Shown: positions 1-11,472 of the stretch, one piece after another
Layout: each line of letters starts with the position of its first letter
Numbering within the stretch: the stretch's first letter is position 1
Assembly (NCBI GenBank): GCA_044892505.1
Contig: CM097882.1
Span: 578,150,001-578,214,000 of the forward strand
Origin: Schmidtea nova
Lineage: Eukaryota
Length of the DNA: 64,000 nt
Direction: 5' to 3'
Notes under the pieces: model-generated
Told to the model about the DNA's origin: nothing
Seen by the model: the letters and a program-made list of their open reading frames with translations, nothing else
Database searches by the model: none
Made by a program: the position numbers and the translations under genes

Positions 1-255
1 CCGAATGCCGATGATAAATCTCTTGAAATGTTGTGAAGATTGTTGTGCATTTAATGTGTTTATATCTACGTAATACCAATACATTTTCTCCATTCGCCAG
101 AAAATTGCTGCCATGTCGGTCTTGCACGACTTTACATCGGATAGAAATCGGACAAATAAATCCTCAATTATTTCATCCGACATTTCAAGGGGTTTCAGCT
201 CGAATTTCAAAATGGAATTCGTTCTTAGAAATGAAGTACCTGAATATCTGACCAT
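1..255 (-). CDS. Partial ORF running off the window start; N-terminal Box A-like region of an mRNA-decapping enzyme (Dcp2-like)
   Basis: Manual translation (not in ORF track): MVRYSG...PLEMSDEIIEDLFVRFLSDVKSCKTDMAAIFWRMEKMYWYYVDINTLNAQQSSQHFKRFIIGIR; resembles the Dcp2 Box A pattern LEDL..RF...(L/I)F..E.A.W(F/Y)Y.D. Candidate ATGs at 255 and 183; Nudix box not in window. Confidence 0.55.
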   Translation of the reverse strand, partial: MVRYSGTSFLRTNSILKFELKPLEMSDEIIEDLFVRFLSDVKSCKTDMAAIFWRMEKMYWYYVDINTLNAQQSSQHFKRFIIGIR

Positions 256-2028
256 TTGTGTGTTCTTTAGATGTTTCGGTGATTATAATTTGTTTCATGC
301 TTTTATATCAATTTCTTGCGCAATTGCGCAATAATTATTTCCGGAATTTTTAATATCTAAATTTATTTCCTTATTTTTTATATTTCTTTGGTTCACTGAT
401 AAAATTCCTCGAATTCTATTATTGTGTTGTTATTATATTGGGGCGCCTAGAGGACATCAGAAATGTTGTGATTATGCATGAAAGTGTCGAAGGTAAGAAA
501 TAAAATATAAAGGGAATAATTTTAAAGGTCCTGCAGTATAAACTTTCTCTTTTTGACTATTGGCGCTAGGAAAGGATGTCAGGAGGGCAATAAGTGCTTC
601 TAGATTTTCATATATTTAAAAAATAATAGAATAATTTGAATACTTAATGTTCTTAGATTAATTGTGAATTTGACAATCTAGACAATATTGTCAATTTTGG
701 TTTTATATGATTCGTCTAATATTGACGATGTGATGCCAATGCCGACATAGTAATACCTAACAGCGGTTATGGGTAAATTATGCTTGTAGAGGTCTATCGT
801 CTAAAATAATATATTTTTGTCTTGGAAACAATCTTTTTTAATGATGTCGGATATAACTCGAAAAAGAATGTTAATAAATGATCTTATTTGGTACACTTTG
901 ATACATATACACCTGGTGTCATGTATTAAAAGTGTCTATAATATAAATTAAAAATAACCAATAGCAAATGAAAACTTACGTAGGTGTTACATTTTGATAT
1001 TTCATAGACATTCTGTAAGAAAAAATAGATTTTACACACAAACACAACACATAATGAAAATTGCATGCAACCCTTTAAAGGTACATCTTGTTTCGCGATT
1101 AAAAAGAGTATTATAAATTTTTTTATTTTAAAAAATATGGTTTTTGGGTAAATATTTGGAATATTTCCTAGGGGAGTTGTCGAGTAAATGGATAAATAAC
1201 ATTGTAAGTTTTACTTTAATATAAGATTTCATATATTTCGAAAAATTATTTTGAAAAATGTTTCTGTTTTCAGTAGACAAAAAAATAATTCCGTCTAATT
1301 ATTTCCAAATTACAGACTATTAAACATATTTACTCTTCAATTTAGATTATTTTGAAGTCTCAGATAATGCATGACAATAAAAGTTGGCAATTCTTGAAAT
1401 AAAAAAATTAAGCTTAATTAAATTATTTCTTGGAATATCTAAAAAATATAACAAAAATAAAAAATTTTTATTTAATAATAATTATTCTTAGTAAAAAATG
1501 ATTTTTTAACTTACGTTAAATCGTAAATAATTCCCAAAAAATGCACACCTAATTGTATCATAGTTACTTTTAATGCCTGAGACCAGGTGGATCACTGAGA
1601 TTGTTCTTATAAAATTAAGAATTATTAATTTGAACAAAAGGCTGGCCAAGTTTTTAGTTTAATTATAGATCTGTCGAAAGTAATTTCCTACAGGATGTTA
1701 TAGAAATTATTGTAAATGTTGCGCATTCCGTTATGCTTACGTGGTTTGTTATTAAATTTGTATTTAAGAACTATTTAAAAGAATTTCTCATTGTAGTATT
1801 AGGTAGGTAAAATTTAATTTTCTACGAAATGGCTTGATTAGAACTAAATTTAATAAAGTAATTTGAAATAAAATATATTTTCATTATCTTTATCTTTACG
1901 AATTTATATTTTTTAGATATCTAGTAACAACGACATTTATAATTGATATTCCATGTACAAATAAATAAAAACTTATGACATTGTTTCTTGATATGATTGA
2001 GTACGATAAAATGTTTACGGCATAGAAT

Positions 2029-3063
2029 TGTTGAGGTCTTTAAACTAAATCTATTTTAATTGAAATTTTAAATGAAAGAAAAAATGAAATTATTATAGAA
2101 ACAGAGTTAGAAAAGGGTACAGTTAGATTCGAAATGCGAAATTTGCAAATTGAGGGAAATTAATAGAGGGTTAATTTATTGAAATTTAAGTTCGAAAACG
2201 GGACAGATATAGATTAGCTAATGACAAAGAACAAGGTGATTAGGAATCGGTACGAAAATGTTCAGAAAATGTCAAAAAGTATACAAATTCGTAAAAACTA
2301 AAAATGGTTAATTAATTATTTAATTGGCTATTGGAAAACCTGAGCTAATGGGAAACTTAAGCCAATGAAGAACCCGAGAGATGAAGAAAGCCCGAGATCG
2401 GCAAACAAGGAAAATAAACAAAGTGAATTTCAGAAAGGCCAAAGTCTTGACAGTATGAATAATGGAAGTAAACAAAATTGGTTTTTACGAAAAAATAAGA
2501 GAAGGAGGTAATCAATCTCTTTTATATCTTAAACGATATTCAAGAAAGCCGATTGTAAAAGCATTGTAAAAGGCAGAGGTGATTTGACCAAAAACTAATT
2601 AATCAAAATGAGTATTTAAGTATATAAGGAAACTCAAAATCGAAAACAATCGGCATTTGATTCAGTTAGGGAAAAGAAATAGAGCTTTGGTTGAAATAAA
2701 GAGAGTTAAAAGAATCAGAAAGGTTTAAGAAAACTGTTGCATTAAAGAAAATAGTTAGAAAAAATAGTAAAGAAATTGAAAAAAAATAAATTAAATAAAA
2801 ACCAAATTATTAGAAAAAAAGGAGTTTAATCAAAAGGAAACCACTGTACAAGATGATTATTATTGTAAAAGCGCATAAGGTCAAGATATCCCACATCGGA
2901 GCTCGGTCAAATAATTGAGACGTTTATTGTGTAATTATTGAAGTGCAAAAAGATTGTATTAATTTCAAACCAATATACGTTGGGAGTGTTATTAGTTATT
3001 GATTTAGAGCACGAAAGGTAAGAGATACCGACGATTATTATCTGATTTAATTAAATTCCAACA
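2029..3063 (+). mobile_element. Solo LTR (Ty3/gypsy-type)
   Basis: TGTTGAGG...TTCCAACA termini, 4-bp flanks GAAT/GTAT (3/4 match), AGAGCACG motif near the 3' end shared with other solo LTRs in the window. Confidence 0.65.
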
Positions 3064-3189
3064 GTATAAACTAATATTATTATTTTTACAATAAAGATTT
3101 TGAAAGACAAATGGTCATGTAAACCAAGCCAAGATTTCAAGGCTAAAATAAAAGCTCTAGATCAACATTTTCTCGTTTACAATTTGTTC

Positions 3190-3191
<2 letters not shown>

Positions 3192-3275
<84 letters not shown>
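3192..3275. repeat. (TA)n microsatellite, ~42 units
   Basis: Uninterrupted TA run. Confidence 0.98.
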
Positions 3276-3278
<3 letters not shown>

Positions 3279-4161
3279 CCCGTCGAAGTGGTTCCTAGTT
3301 TATTAATGGGCGACAATTAATAGAACCTCGGTCGGAATGTTGGTCACTAAACTTTAGAATAAGATCGACAAATTTAAATTCACCTTGTTTACGCCTTTAA
3401 AAGTCCAATAATTAAATTAAATAACGAATCTTAATTAAATAAAGATAAATTTTATGCATGAAAATACCGCATTGAAATTACCTGTAAGAAAACCCAAGAC
3501 ATCAATGAGATAGTCATTGTTGGAAAAAGAATTAGAACAACTAAAAGATGCAACTAAAAGAGCTTCTGTCCAATATTACCCCGCAAATAGAATTAAAAAC
3601 AAGAAAAACATACCGACTAAGAAAGCAAGACTCCATCGAAACTGTATGCAAAAGTAGGAGGCTTTAGATCGAGTACTAAATAAAGATACAGATGGATTTA
3701 AACACTGATTTAAACATCGGAACCCTGCAATAATTCATTTTAAGTTTTGTATTTTCTCGAAGTAAATTTTGTAAAGAATCAATTCTAATACCCTTTTAAC
3801 TTCTTGATTATCAACAGTAATATTATGGTTAACTATGAAAGTTGAGAAGTTAGTTCAAGCTGAACTAGAACAATGCACAAGAGTCTTTATCTACAGATGC
3901 AATTAATTACACAGAACATCAATATTTTTACATGCAATGCAGTGCTTGAACATAACGTAAGGTTTTACTAGAATTTCAAAAGCGCAGTTCTTTTTATCTC
4001 TTCAAAGGGTGGTTTTATGTAAATTGTACGTTTCTGGATTTTGGCGTTAGCCTTTTGTGTAATTTTATGATTAGCATCTGTATCTGCTTCTACTCCTGTG
4101 CCTTACTGTTTAAATGAATGTTAATATAACTCAATGATGTGCAAACTATGTGCCATGGCAT

Positions 4162-4791
4162 TAGCGCCGTGCTGTAACCTTTGGGGGCCCTGTGCAGAAA
4201 CTAAAAAGATTTTTTTTTAATTTTAATTAATTTTTTATTGATTTTATTTAAAAAATAATACAAAGCAATTATAAAGTAATTTTTCTAGCTCTTTTGCTGG
4301 CAAATTCATCAATTATGTCATTGTATTCAACTTTTCTGGCTGTTGCATTTTCAATTGACAGTATTGCTAATCCAGAAAGTCTTTCCTGCAACATTGTAGA
4401 CCGTAGATAATTTTCAATTAATTTTAGTTTTGAAAACGATCGTTCACAATGAGCAACGGTAATGGGTATTGTTAAAATTATTCGATATACGATACATACA
4501 ATTGAATATAATTCTTCCAAATTCCTTTCTAAAATGAATTGAAAATTCTGCATAATAGTATAATTATCTTCTAAAATATATTTTAAAATAGAAAGTTCAT
4601 TTTTAAATTCCACTTCTTCAATATCGCCTTCTAAGTGAATTTTGAATTTTCAAATTTGTTTTTTTTCCTTTCAATTCGTAGTAATTTATGGTATTGGAGA
4701 AGTTTTTCTAATGTATTTAATATTTGGTGGCCCTCAAAAATTGAGGGCCCAGTGCGATTGCACTTGTTGCACTTGCGATAGTACGGCGCTG
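4162..4791 (-). mobile_element. Internally deleted hAT transposon retaining the C-terminal dimerization-domain ORF (4269-4613)
   Basis: TIR (T/C)AGCGCCGT, 8-bp TSD CATGGCAT/CATGGCAC; ORF contains TIPITVAHCERSFSKLKLIENYLRSTMLQERLSGLAILSIE, typical of the hAT/ZMYM1-like dimerization domain. Confidence 0.85.
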
Positions 4792-5789
4792 CATGGCACA
4801 TTGGTGCGCCGTAAAAGAATTCAAAATGTGCCGCTTATGTGAAAATATTTTTTTAGTTATAGTAAACAAAATAAAAGTGACTGTTATTTCTTGAATTGTT
4901 TATAGAAAATTGAAATTTGTTTTAAATTATTAATTTTAAATACTATGATTTAAATACGATGCGCGGATTCAAGCCATTTGTAAAGACTTTCAAACTTTTT
5001 AGTGGGAAAATTCGTAGAACTCATTATTTGTTTGTATCATAAGTATATAAGTAGCATATGTAATTTCATTTAATTAAAATAATTCTATAATAAAAGAAAC
5101 ATTCTTTTTATTTGTGCATTGAATTTGTTTCTTTCTATTTTATGTCAGGTTGTAAAAGGTTTGCGTACTACTGATATAATATGCGTAGTTTGTATATTAT
5201 GTTCAGGAATGAAATTTGAATTTAAATTAAATTGCATTTACGTGCGTAATAAGATTGTGTACTTTGTTTAGTGTAGATTGTCATAAATTGAAAACATTCT
5301 CTCGTCGCAACTGTAAGAATGAATGTAGCGAACATACTGCCTAAAAGAGGCAACTTGCATTTACACTGTCCATTAAAATTTGATGACACCGTTTTTTAGA
5401 AAACAATTTCATTTTTACTTTGTTCATTTCGCAGCGCCAAGTTTGATTTTGACATTCGTTTTAATGTTTAACGTGTGAATTTTAATTAGAAGCCTTTTTT
5501 ATGATATGTATAGTTAATGTCATGTGCGGTATAAACAGTAAGCAGCTAGATTTTTGTTGCATAATATCTAAAAAGGGAGTTTATTGGTTTAGTAATTATT
5601 GATAAAGATTACCTGCAAACACACATACATGCCAACATTCACATACAACAATCAAGCATGATAAATAAGATATACTCTTCAAACTACGATTTTGAATTAT
5701 TATCACATAACAGGTTAATTTAATTAATTAATTTACTTATTCCTTACATAGAATATATAAAACATAGTCTCGTCTGTACAATTTCAGAA

Positions 5790-7220
5790 ATGTTTCATCA
5801 CACTGGGTATATTGTGAGAAAACCTTGAATCACACATAAAAGTTCAGCGGTTGTTAGCATGTAATGCAGGTGAAGGCTTTCTTTTATAAATATTTTTTAT
5901 CTAAGTGATTTCCTGATGAAATCCTTAACCAACTTCATCAGATTCATCACACATTTTTAGGTTAAGGTGAGTATTCATAAAATGTAGTGGAGAAGTAGCT
6001 TTTCAACTATGATCCGATGAAAACACCTTCTTTCACTTTGGCAGAACTCATTTTGGTGAATTTTATCTTCAGAATGTTTATTGGGCTACAATTTATGTCA
6101 AGATCTTTCACAAACTGTTTAATGAGGCCTAATTTTATGTGTAAAGGTAGCAATAAAATCTTGTTCGGTGAAACAAGTAAAGGATTGACACTATTCTTAA
6201 GTCCAACAGTAAAGTTATCCCGAGTAGGACATACTTTAACTTTTTAGTGACTTTATCTTGATCGTGGATTCTGAAGGCATAGAAAACAAAAGAACATGAC
6301 GGATCTTGCTTGTAGTTCAATTAGAATAGCAAGGACTTTGAGATCTGCACAGATGTTTATTATATTGTATGGCATTCAGAGTAGCTTTTAAAATTTTGTA
6401 GGTTTCCCGCATGATCACTGAGTATGAAACAAACACGGATCGTAACTGATTGCAAATATGTAACAATCATCTTTGACTTTGTATTTTGAGACATCAATAT
6501 AAAACGTCATTCAATAGAATTATGTTCCTGTTCAAAGAATTTAAATAAGCCCTCAATGTCCCAGTAATAACCGATAAATAATAACCAGTAATAAACCGAT
6601 AAAATGATATTCTAACACCTTTTTTGTAACAAGCATTTCTCTTTTAACTTTGATGCTAACAGTTTACTCACATCTATAGTCAGCTTCAGTTCTTGGATCA
6701 AATAACTTAATTTAGGTCGTGAAAACAATTGAAGTCTGCCATCGTTTAAACCCGATGCTGATGGAAGGAAGTCATTATCTTTCTATATAATGAATAGGTC
6801 AACATGTGTTTTCAGTGTCTGTTTCTAATTCTTCAAGCAATTCTTCATGCTCCTTGGATATTGGAATTTAATATGAGTGTGGTGTCGGTCGAGAATCAAA
6901 TTGAGTATTTGGATGTAATATAATTCCAGTTCTAATGGCGGTAAGATAAAGATTAAAGCAGCAAAAATAATATTCATTGAAATGATTTGTGATTCATTCT
7001 AAATCATAAGAATACGGAATAGCACGGAGTCGAGAAGAACAACTATGCAACAAAATAGAGGTCAAAATTTAGTATCAAAATAAGCAGCATACAGCTTTCG
7101 AATATGTTCACTAATTATACATTGCTTCTTTATCAGTTGACTCGCCACGTATACAGACAAAGTTGTTTCTTTCATTGTTACAGAAAGTTTCCATTTATGG
7201 CAATCTACAACAAACATGGT
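5790..7220 (-). pseudogene. Degraded Chapaev-type (CMC superfamily) transposase
   Basis: Frameshifted motifs in order: HHVCC, NH..YYFC, RPTPHS, MRETY, ICADLKVLAIL, CFLCL, LLPLHIKLGLIKQFVK, AKVKEGVFIG; many stops. Confidence 0.7.
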
Positions 7221-7439
7221 GTACTATTACATTACGCACTTAAATGCAATTTAATTTAAATTCTAAATATATTCCTTCGCATGATACACAAATAATAAAT
7301 ATTAACCAAGGGAGAGGGTGTGTCCAAAACTGAAATAGTTTTATAACAAAGATTTAAAAATTAAAACCAAACATTGAAGAGACACAAAGTACATTGATAA
7401 AAATTTCGTAAAATTTTATGCATATGCATTATATTGTTT

Positions 7440-7740
7440 TTAAAAAAGATTTCATCAAATTTTGTGAGAGTTTTATTAAATGTGAAGACAAAGTTTGGAT
7501 AGCCAACTCATTCTTGAAGTTGCCTATCGATCATGGATATCCAATACCAACGTGGACGGGCTTCAGTCATTCAATCACGGGTATATTCTGTGGAGAACAA
7601 TGAATGGTGTTTGTGGAATCTGTCCATTAACTGAAATAATTAAATAAGTAGATACAGTAAACGTGGAGATCCAGAGATGGACACATACTAAAAACCACCC
7701 ATTCGTTATAAAATCCTTCCATATTTTGCTGGCAGAAATA
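7440..7740 (+). pseudogene. Possible degraded DNA-transposon ORF fragment (Academ-like)
   Basis: IPTWTGF...GICPL...FVIKSFH resembles the PSWTGFN...LP...FH motif order; weak. Confidence 0.3.
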
Positions 7741-9124
7741 AAATTATTTTTGTTTTTGCTACCTATTTTTACTTGTTAACTTCCATCATGCCTTACACAC
7801 GATGCATTAAAATGATCATAGGAAGAGCTTTGTAGGCTATCCAGCCACAAGTTCCCGATAAGTCGGAATCACCAAACGAAGAGTCGGAACTGGGTCCAGA
7901 CCATCATTCGTTAATTTATATAGGATATGAAGTAATATAGTACCTAATGGCAAAGTAAAATAGAAAAGTTTAGACCAAAAGGATTTCCCAAATTCTCATT
8001 TTTAGGGGGTAATTTCCGCATAAGATTAATGTAAAATTATTTGTTGATTCGAGCACAATCATGATTCGGATTTGCGGCACGAATACACTGATATCACAAA
8101 ATTATTGTGTTGGAAGCGACTAAATTCAGGATAGGGAAAGTATAAGATTTCATTCTGAATAATGAACATTCCATTTTGAATGGACAAATTTATTGGTAAA
8201 TACGTCAGAGCTATATTAGAAAACCCAATAGGTATGTCCCTAATACAGCAAGTAAAACTGGAAAATATAAATTGTGAAGAAAGCTCTCGCTAGGATATTT
8301 TTACTTAGAAAATTAAGCGACAGTAAAGTGTAAGTCAATAGGGTGTATTAATCTAATTCGTATGTAACTATTCAGTTGTAGATGGATAGTCAAATTGCCA
8401 AGTCAAAGGATTCAGTTTGCTCAGACGAGGATGTTCTGCGAGGCATCATAAATTCAATTCCCATTTTGACAGTAACAGTTTTATCTCCAAATCCATATTT
8501 GTGAGAGGGTTGGCGGGAACGATTCTTTTGTCAAAGATAACATGAAATCAACCCCATGTCAAAATTTGCATGGCACGAATGACAAGATGAGCAAATCATT
8601 TGATTGAGCAGTCATAAGTGGTCAATACGCGTATACTACGACTTTCAGAGTCTGCTAACATATTTTGGAATTTTGGAATGTAATGTGTTTAGTTTTGGGA
8701 AATACTCTATGAAGGGTAAATTTCCCAGGAGAATTCCTTGCGATCGACATGTGCTCGTTGCCTCAAAGACGTAAACGAGAAACACTGGAGCAACGGAATG
8801 AATTTGAGTGTTGAGAATTCGGTGCTATATTTAAGAAAAATGTGTTTGTTCGTTTTGGCGTAATGTTGTGAATATTTCTTTATTTATTTTTGATAAGTGT
8901 GTATGGGTATCGCAGTTAATGAGGAATAAGTTGAAAAAAATAGGATGGGAGGGAAGTGAGCGGTCTATAACAAGCCATTTATCCCTAAACTGTATATTAG
9001 AAATTCTTTTATACAGTGACCCACCGAAAGAGATTCATACATTATTACGTCAAACTGTAAATATATGTTAGGTAAACACTATATGTAATTACGTCATACT
9101 TTACAAAACGTAATCACTATTATT

Positions 9125-9455
9125 ATGCAACATTTCAAAGTTTTCGTAAAACTTTATATATCACTAGTCAATACTACAAATCGTAAACTTATTCAAAAGA
9201 TAATTTATAAACAAAATGGCGGTTTAGTAGGTACATTAATTCCAATAGTATTATCAGCTATAAATGCAATTTCATTTTTAAATGAGGCTAAAGATTCAAT
9301 ACCCGATAAAAATAATTTAGACTTGAATATATTAACATCTTGTTGTAACAATGAAGGAAATATTAACTAAAAATAAGGTAACCAAAAATCAATTGAAAAA
9401 GATTTGGAGAAACTCAAAAAATCCCGATGGATTTGCTGGGGTAAACAAAACTTAA
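9125..9455 (+). pseudogene. Maverick/Polinton relic: small QxGG-type core protein ORF followed by the 5' end of the integrase
   Basis: ORF 9125-9370 has KLIQKIIYKQNGGLVGTLIPIVLSAI; overlapping ORF from ATG 9351 reads MKEILTKNKVTKNQLKKIWRNSKNPDGFAGVNKT*, like the Maverick integrase N-terminus LKKIYYDPKNPGSF.GV.KL. Confidence 0.6.
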
Positions 9456-9582
9456 AAAAGAGTAAATAATTCAAAGAAATTCAACATAAACGCGATATAT
9501 TTCGATTGTATAACAATATTTTCAGGTTTATATTTATATTTTAGGTTTTCTCTTTCTATTTTTAGTTATCCAAATAAAATAT

Positions 9583-9680
9583 TTTTAGATATTTAGGTAT
9601 TTAGGTTTTTAGGTCTTTAGGTATTTAGGTTTTTAGGTATATAGTTATATAGGTATATAAGTATATAGGTATTTATGTAT
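9583..9680. repeat. 8-bp TTTAGGT(A/T/C) minisatellite decaying into TATAGGTA units
   Basis: About six clear units plus degenerate copies. Confidence 0.85.
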
Positions 9681-10115
9681 CGAAATGAAGGTTGCTGTTT
9701 GTTCTTGAGGCTTGTTTTACTTGTTGTGATGTGTGTAATAACTGTTCAGCTTTGGTTTCTTTTTGATCAGTAATCTTGTTCATTATTTCTTGTAATACTT
9801 CGAAGGAAGGTTGGTTGGCTTCTTGAGGTTCTTTTGAAAAAACATTCCTCTCATCCTGAGTATCAATGTATATCTAGGATATCTCACTTTCGTTTTCCTG
9901 AGGCTCAGGGACATTTGAGTGTTCTGTGATGATTTTGAAGTTTTCTTCAATATCAGTATCGATTAGTATATGTTCTTGGGTTGTTTCGGAGATTTGTTCT
10001 TTAGGAATTTCTTTTTGATCATGAGTTAATTGTTCAATATTTGAATTTTTAGTTTCATCTATTGATTGTTCAATCGGATTTCGTTCTGCAAGGAGTGTTA
10101 CAGTCTTTTGAAATT

Positions 10116-10703
10116 TGTAGGATTTTGTAATTCCAATAATATTCCGACGAACGTAATATTGGAAAATGTGGGAGACCCGATGTGGGAGACCTGGGGCATC
10201 AACAAAATCATTTAATTATCGAAATTGAATGAGCAAGGATGCCCCAGGAAGAGCCGAAAACCCATTATCAGCGAAACTCAATTAGGCGCGGTCAAACAAA
10301 TCTAATTATTTTATTTTTCGACAGATCCAATTAGGCCGACAGGATGACAACAAAAGGTTGTGTATAAACTGAGAGCAAATTTCCGAAATCGCCAGAGTGG
10401 TCGAAGATAAATTTTAAGAATAAAGAGAATTTTGAAAACTAGTAGAAGCTATTTGGAGGAAACGTGAAGAGAAAACCAGAGGTAGAATTTAAATTTAATC
10501 TTCTTGTGTACCGGAGAGGGAGATATCCCATTGGGTGTTTTACCCTCACGCGGAAGAGTGCAGAACATTCGTAACCTTCTGTGATTAAAGGTTTTGTTGT
10601 TCATTTGAAAAATAAAAATTATTGTGTTGAGTTTAACTTGTTGTCGTGATTGAATAAGAACACAGGAGTCAGATATTACCGAACACACCTTAATAACCCT
10701 ATA
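10116..10703 (+). mobile_element. Probable solo LTR
   Basis: TGTAGG...CCCTATA ends; shares the AATAAA..TTGTGTTGAGTTT..GGAGTCAGA 3' signature with the LTR at 24377; TSD not recovered. Confidence 0.5.
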
Positions 10704-11472
10704 TATATATAATAATTATCACTTAGAGGGAAATAATTAATTAATTATATTAATATTTATTATATACATGGTTGTCCTAACCCGTGATTTCATTGAATAT
10801 TTTAATTAAATTATTGTCATGTTCAGAAACAATTAACAATAACAAAATCAATAAATAATAATAAAATCAATTATATAAAATTTATCAAGTGATATAAAGA
10901 TCAACGAATCATAGATTGTCTAATTTCATATAAAAGTCGATAGGGAGCATCACAGAAAATGAAACAACTAATGATAAAGTTTACATAAGTGTCAAAGTAA
11001 TCAAGTCACAAATTGTTATCAAATAATTGTTGATGTGTAGACTGAATTGTTGGCATCTTGCATTATTCCTGTATATTTATGCTAATTCTGTACCTAATAC
11101 CCCTTTTGTGTAATGTTTTAATTTTAGTATTTTTATTGTCCGCCCGTCTTCTAACACCAACATTACCCTATAGAGGGCAACAATATAGTTATTCAATCCT
11201 TAAATGCGAGGTTATTGGAAGTAGAGCCAAGGTAATTAAATTTTGTGCATAACCAATAACCCACGAGTCGTATAAGATTTTAATGATTGATAAATTGATA
11301 AAATGTGAAACAAGATGAAAAATTTTTTTGCAAAAAAATATATAATGCTACTTTAAAATTTCAATTTCAATCGAAGCTGTTTTATTTTTCTTCAAAGAAA
11401 AACAGCAATTATTTGGTCATTTTAAATTAAAATTTTAATACTAAAGAAAGTTAAGGAAACTTTCAAAACTAT

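Noticed and set aside
450-620. Possible plus-strand micro-exons (DIRNVVIMHESVE / GKDVRRAISASRF)
   Set aside because: Splice sites are plausible but the peptide is too short and unrecognisable.
3480-3900. Possible non-LTR retrotransposon remnant
   Set aside because: Looks like decayed coding sequence but has no diagnostic motif.
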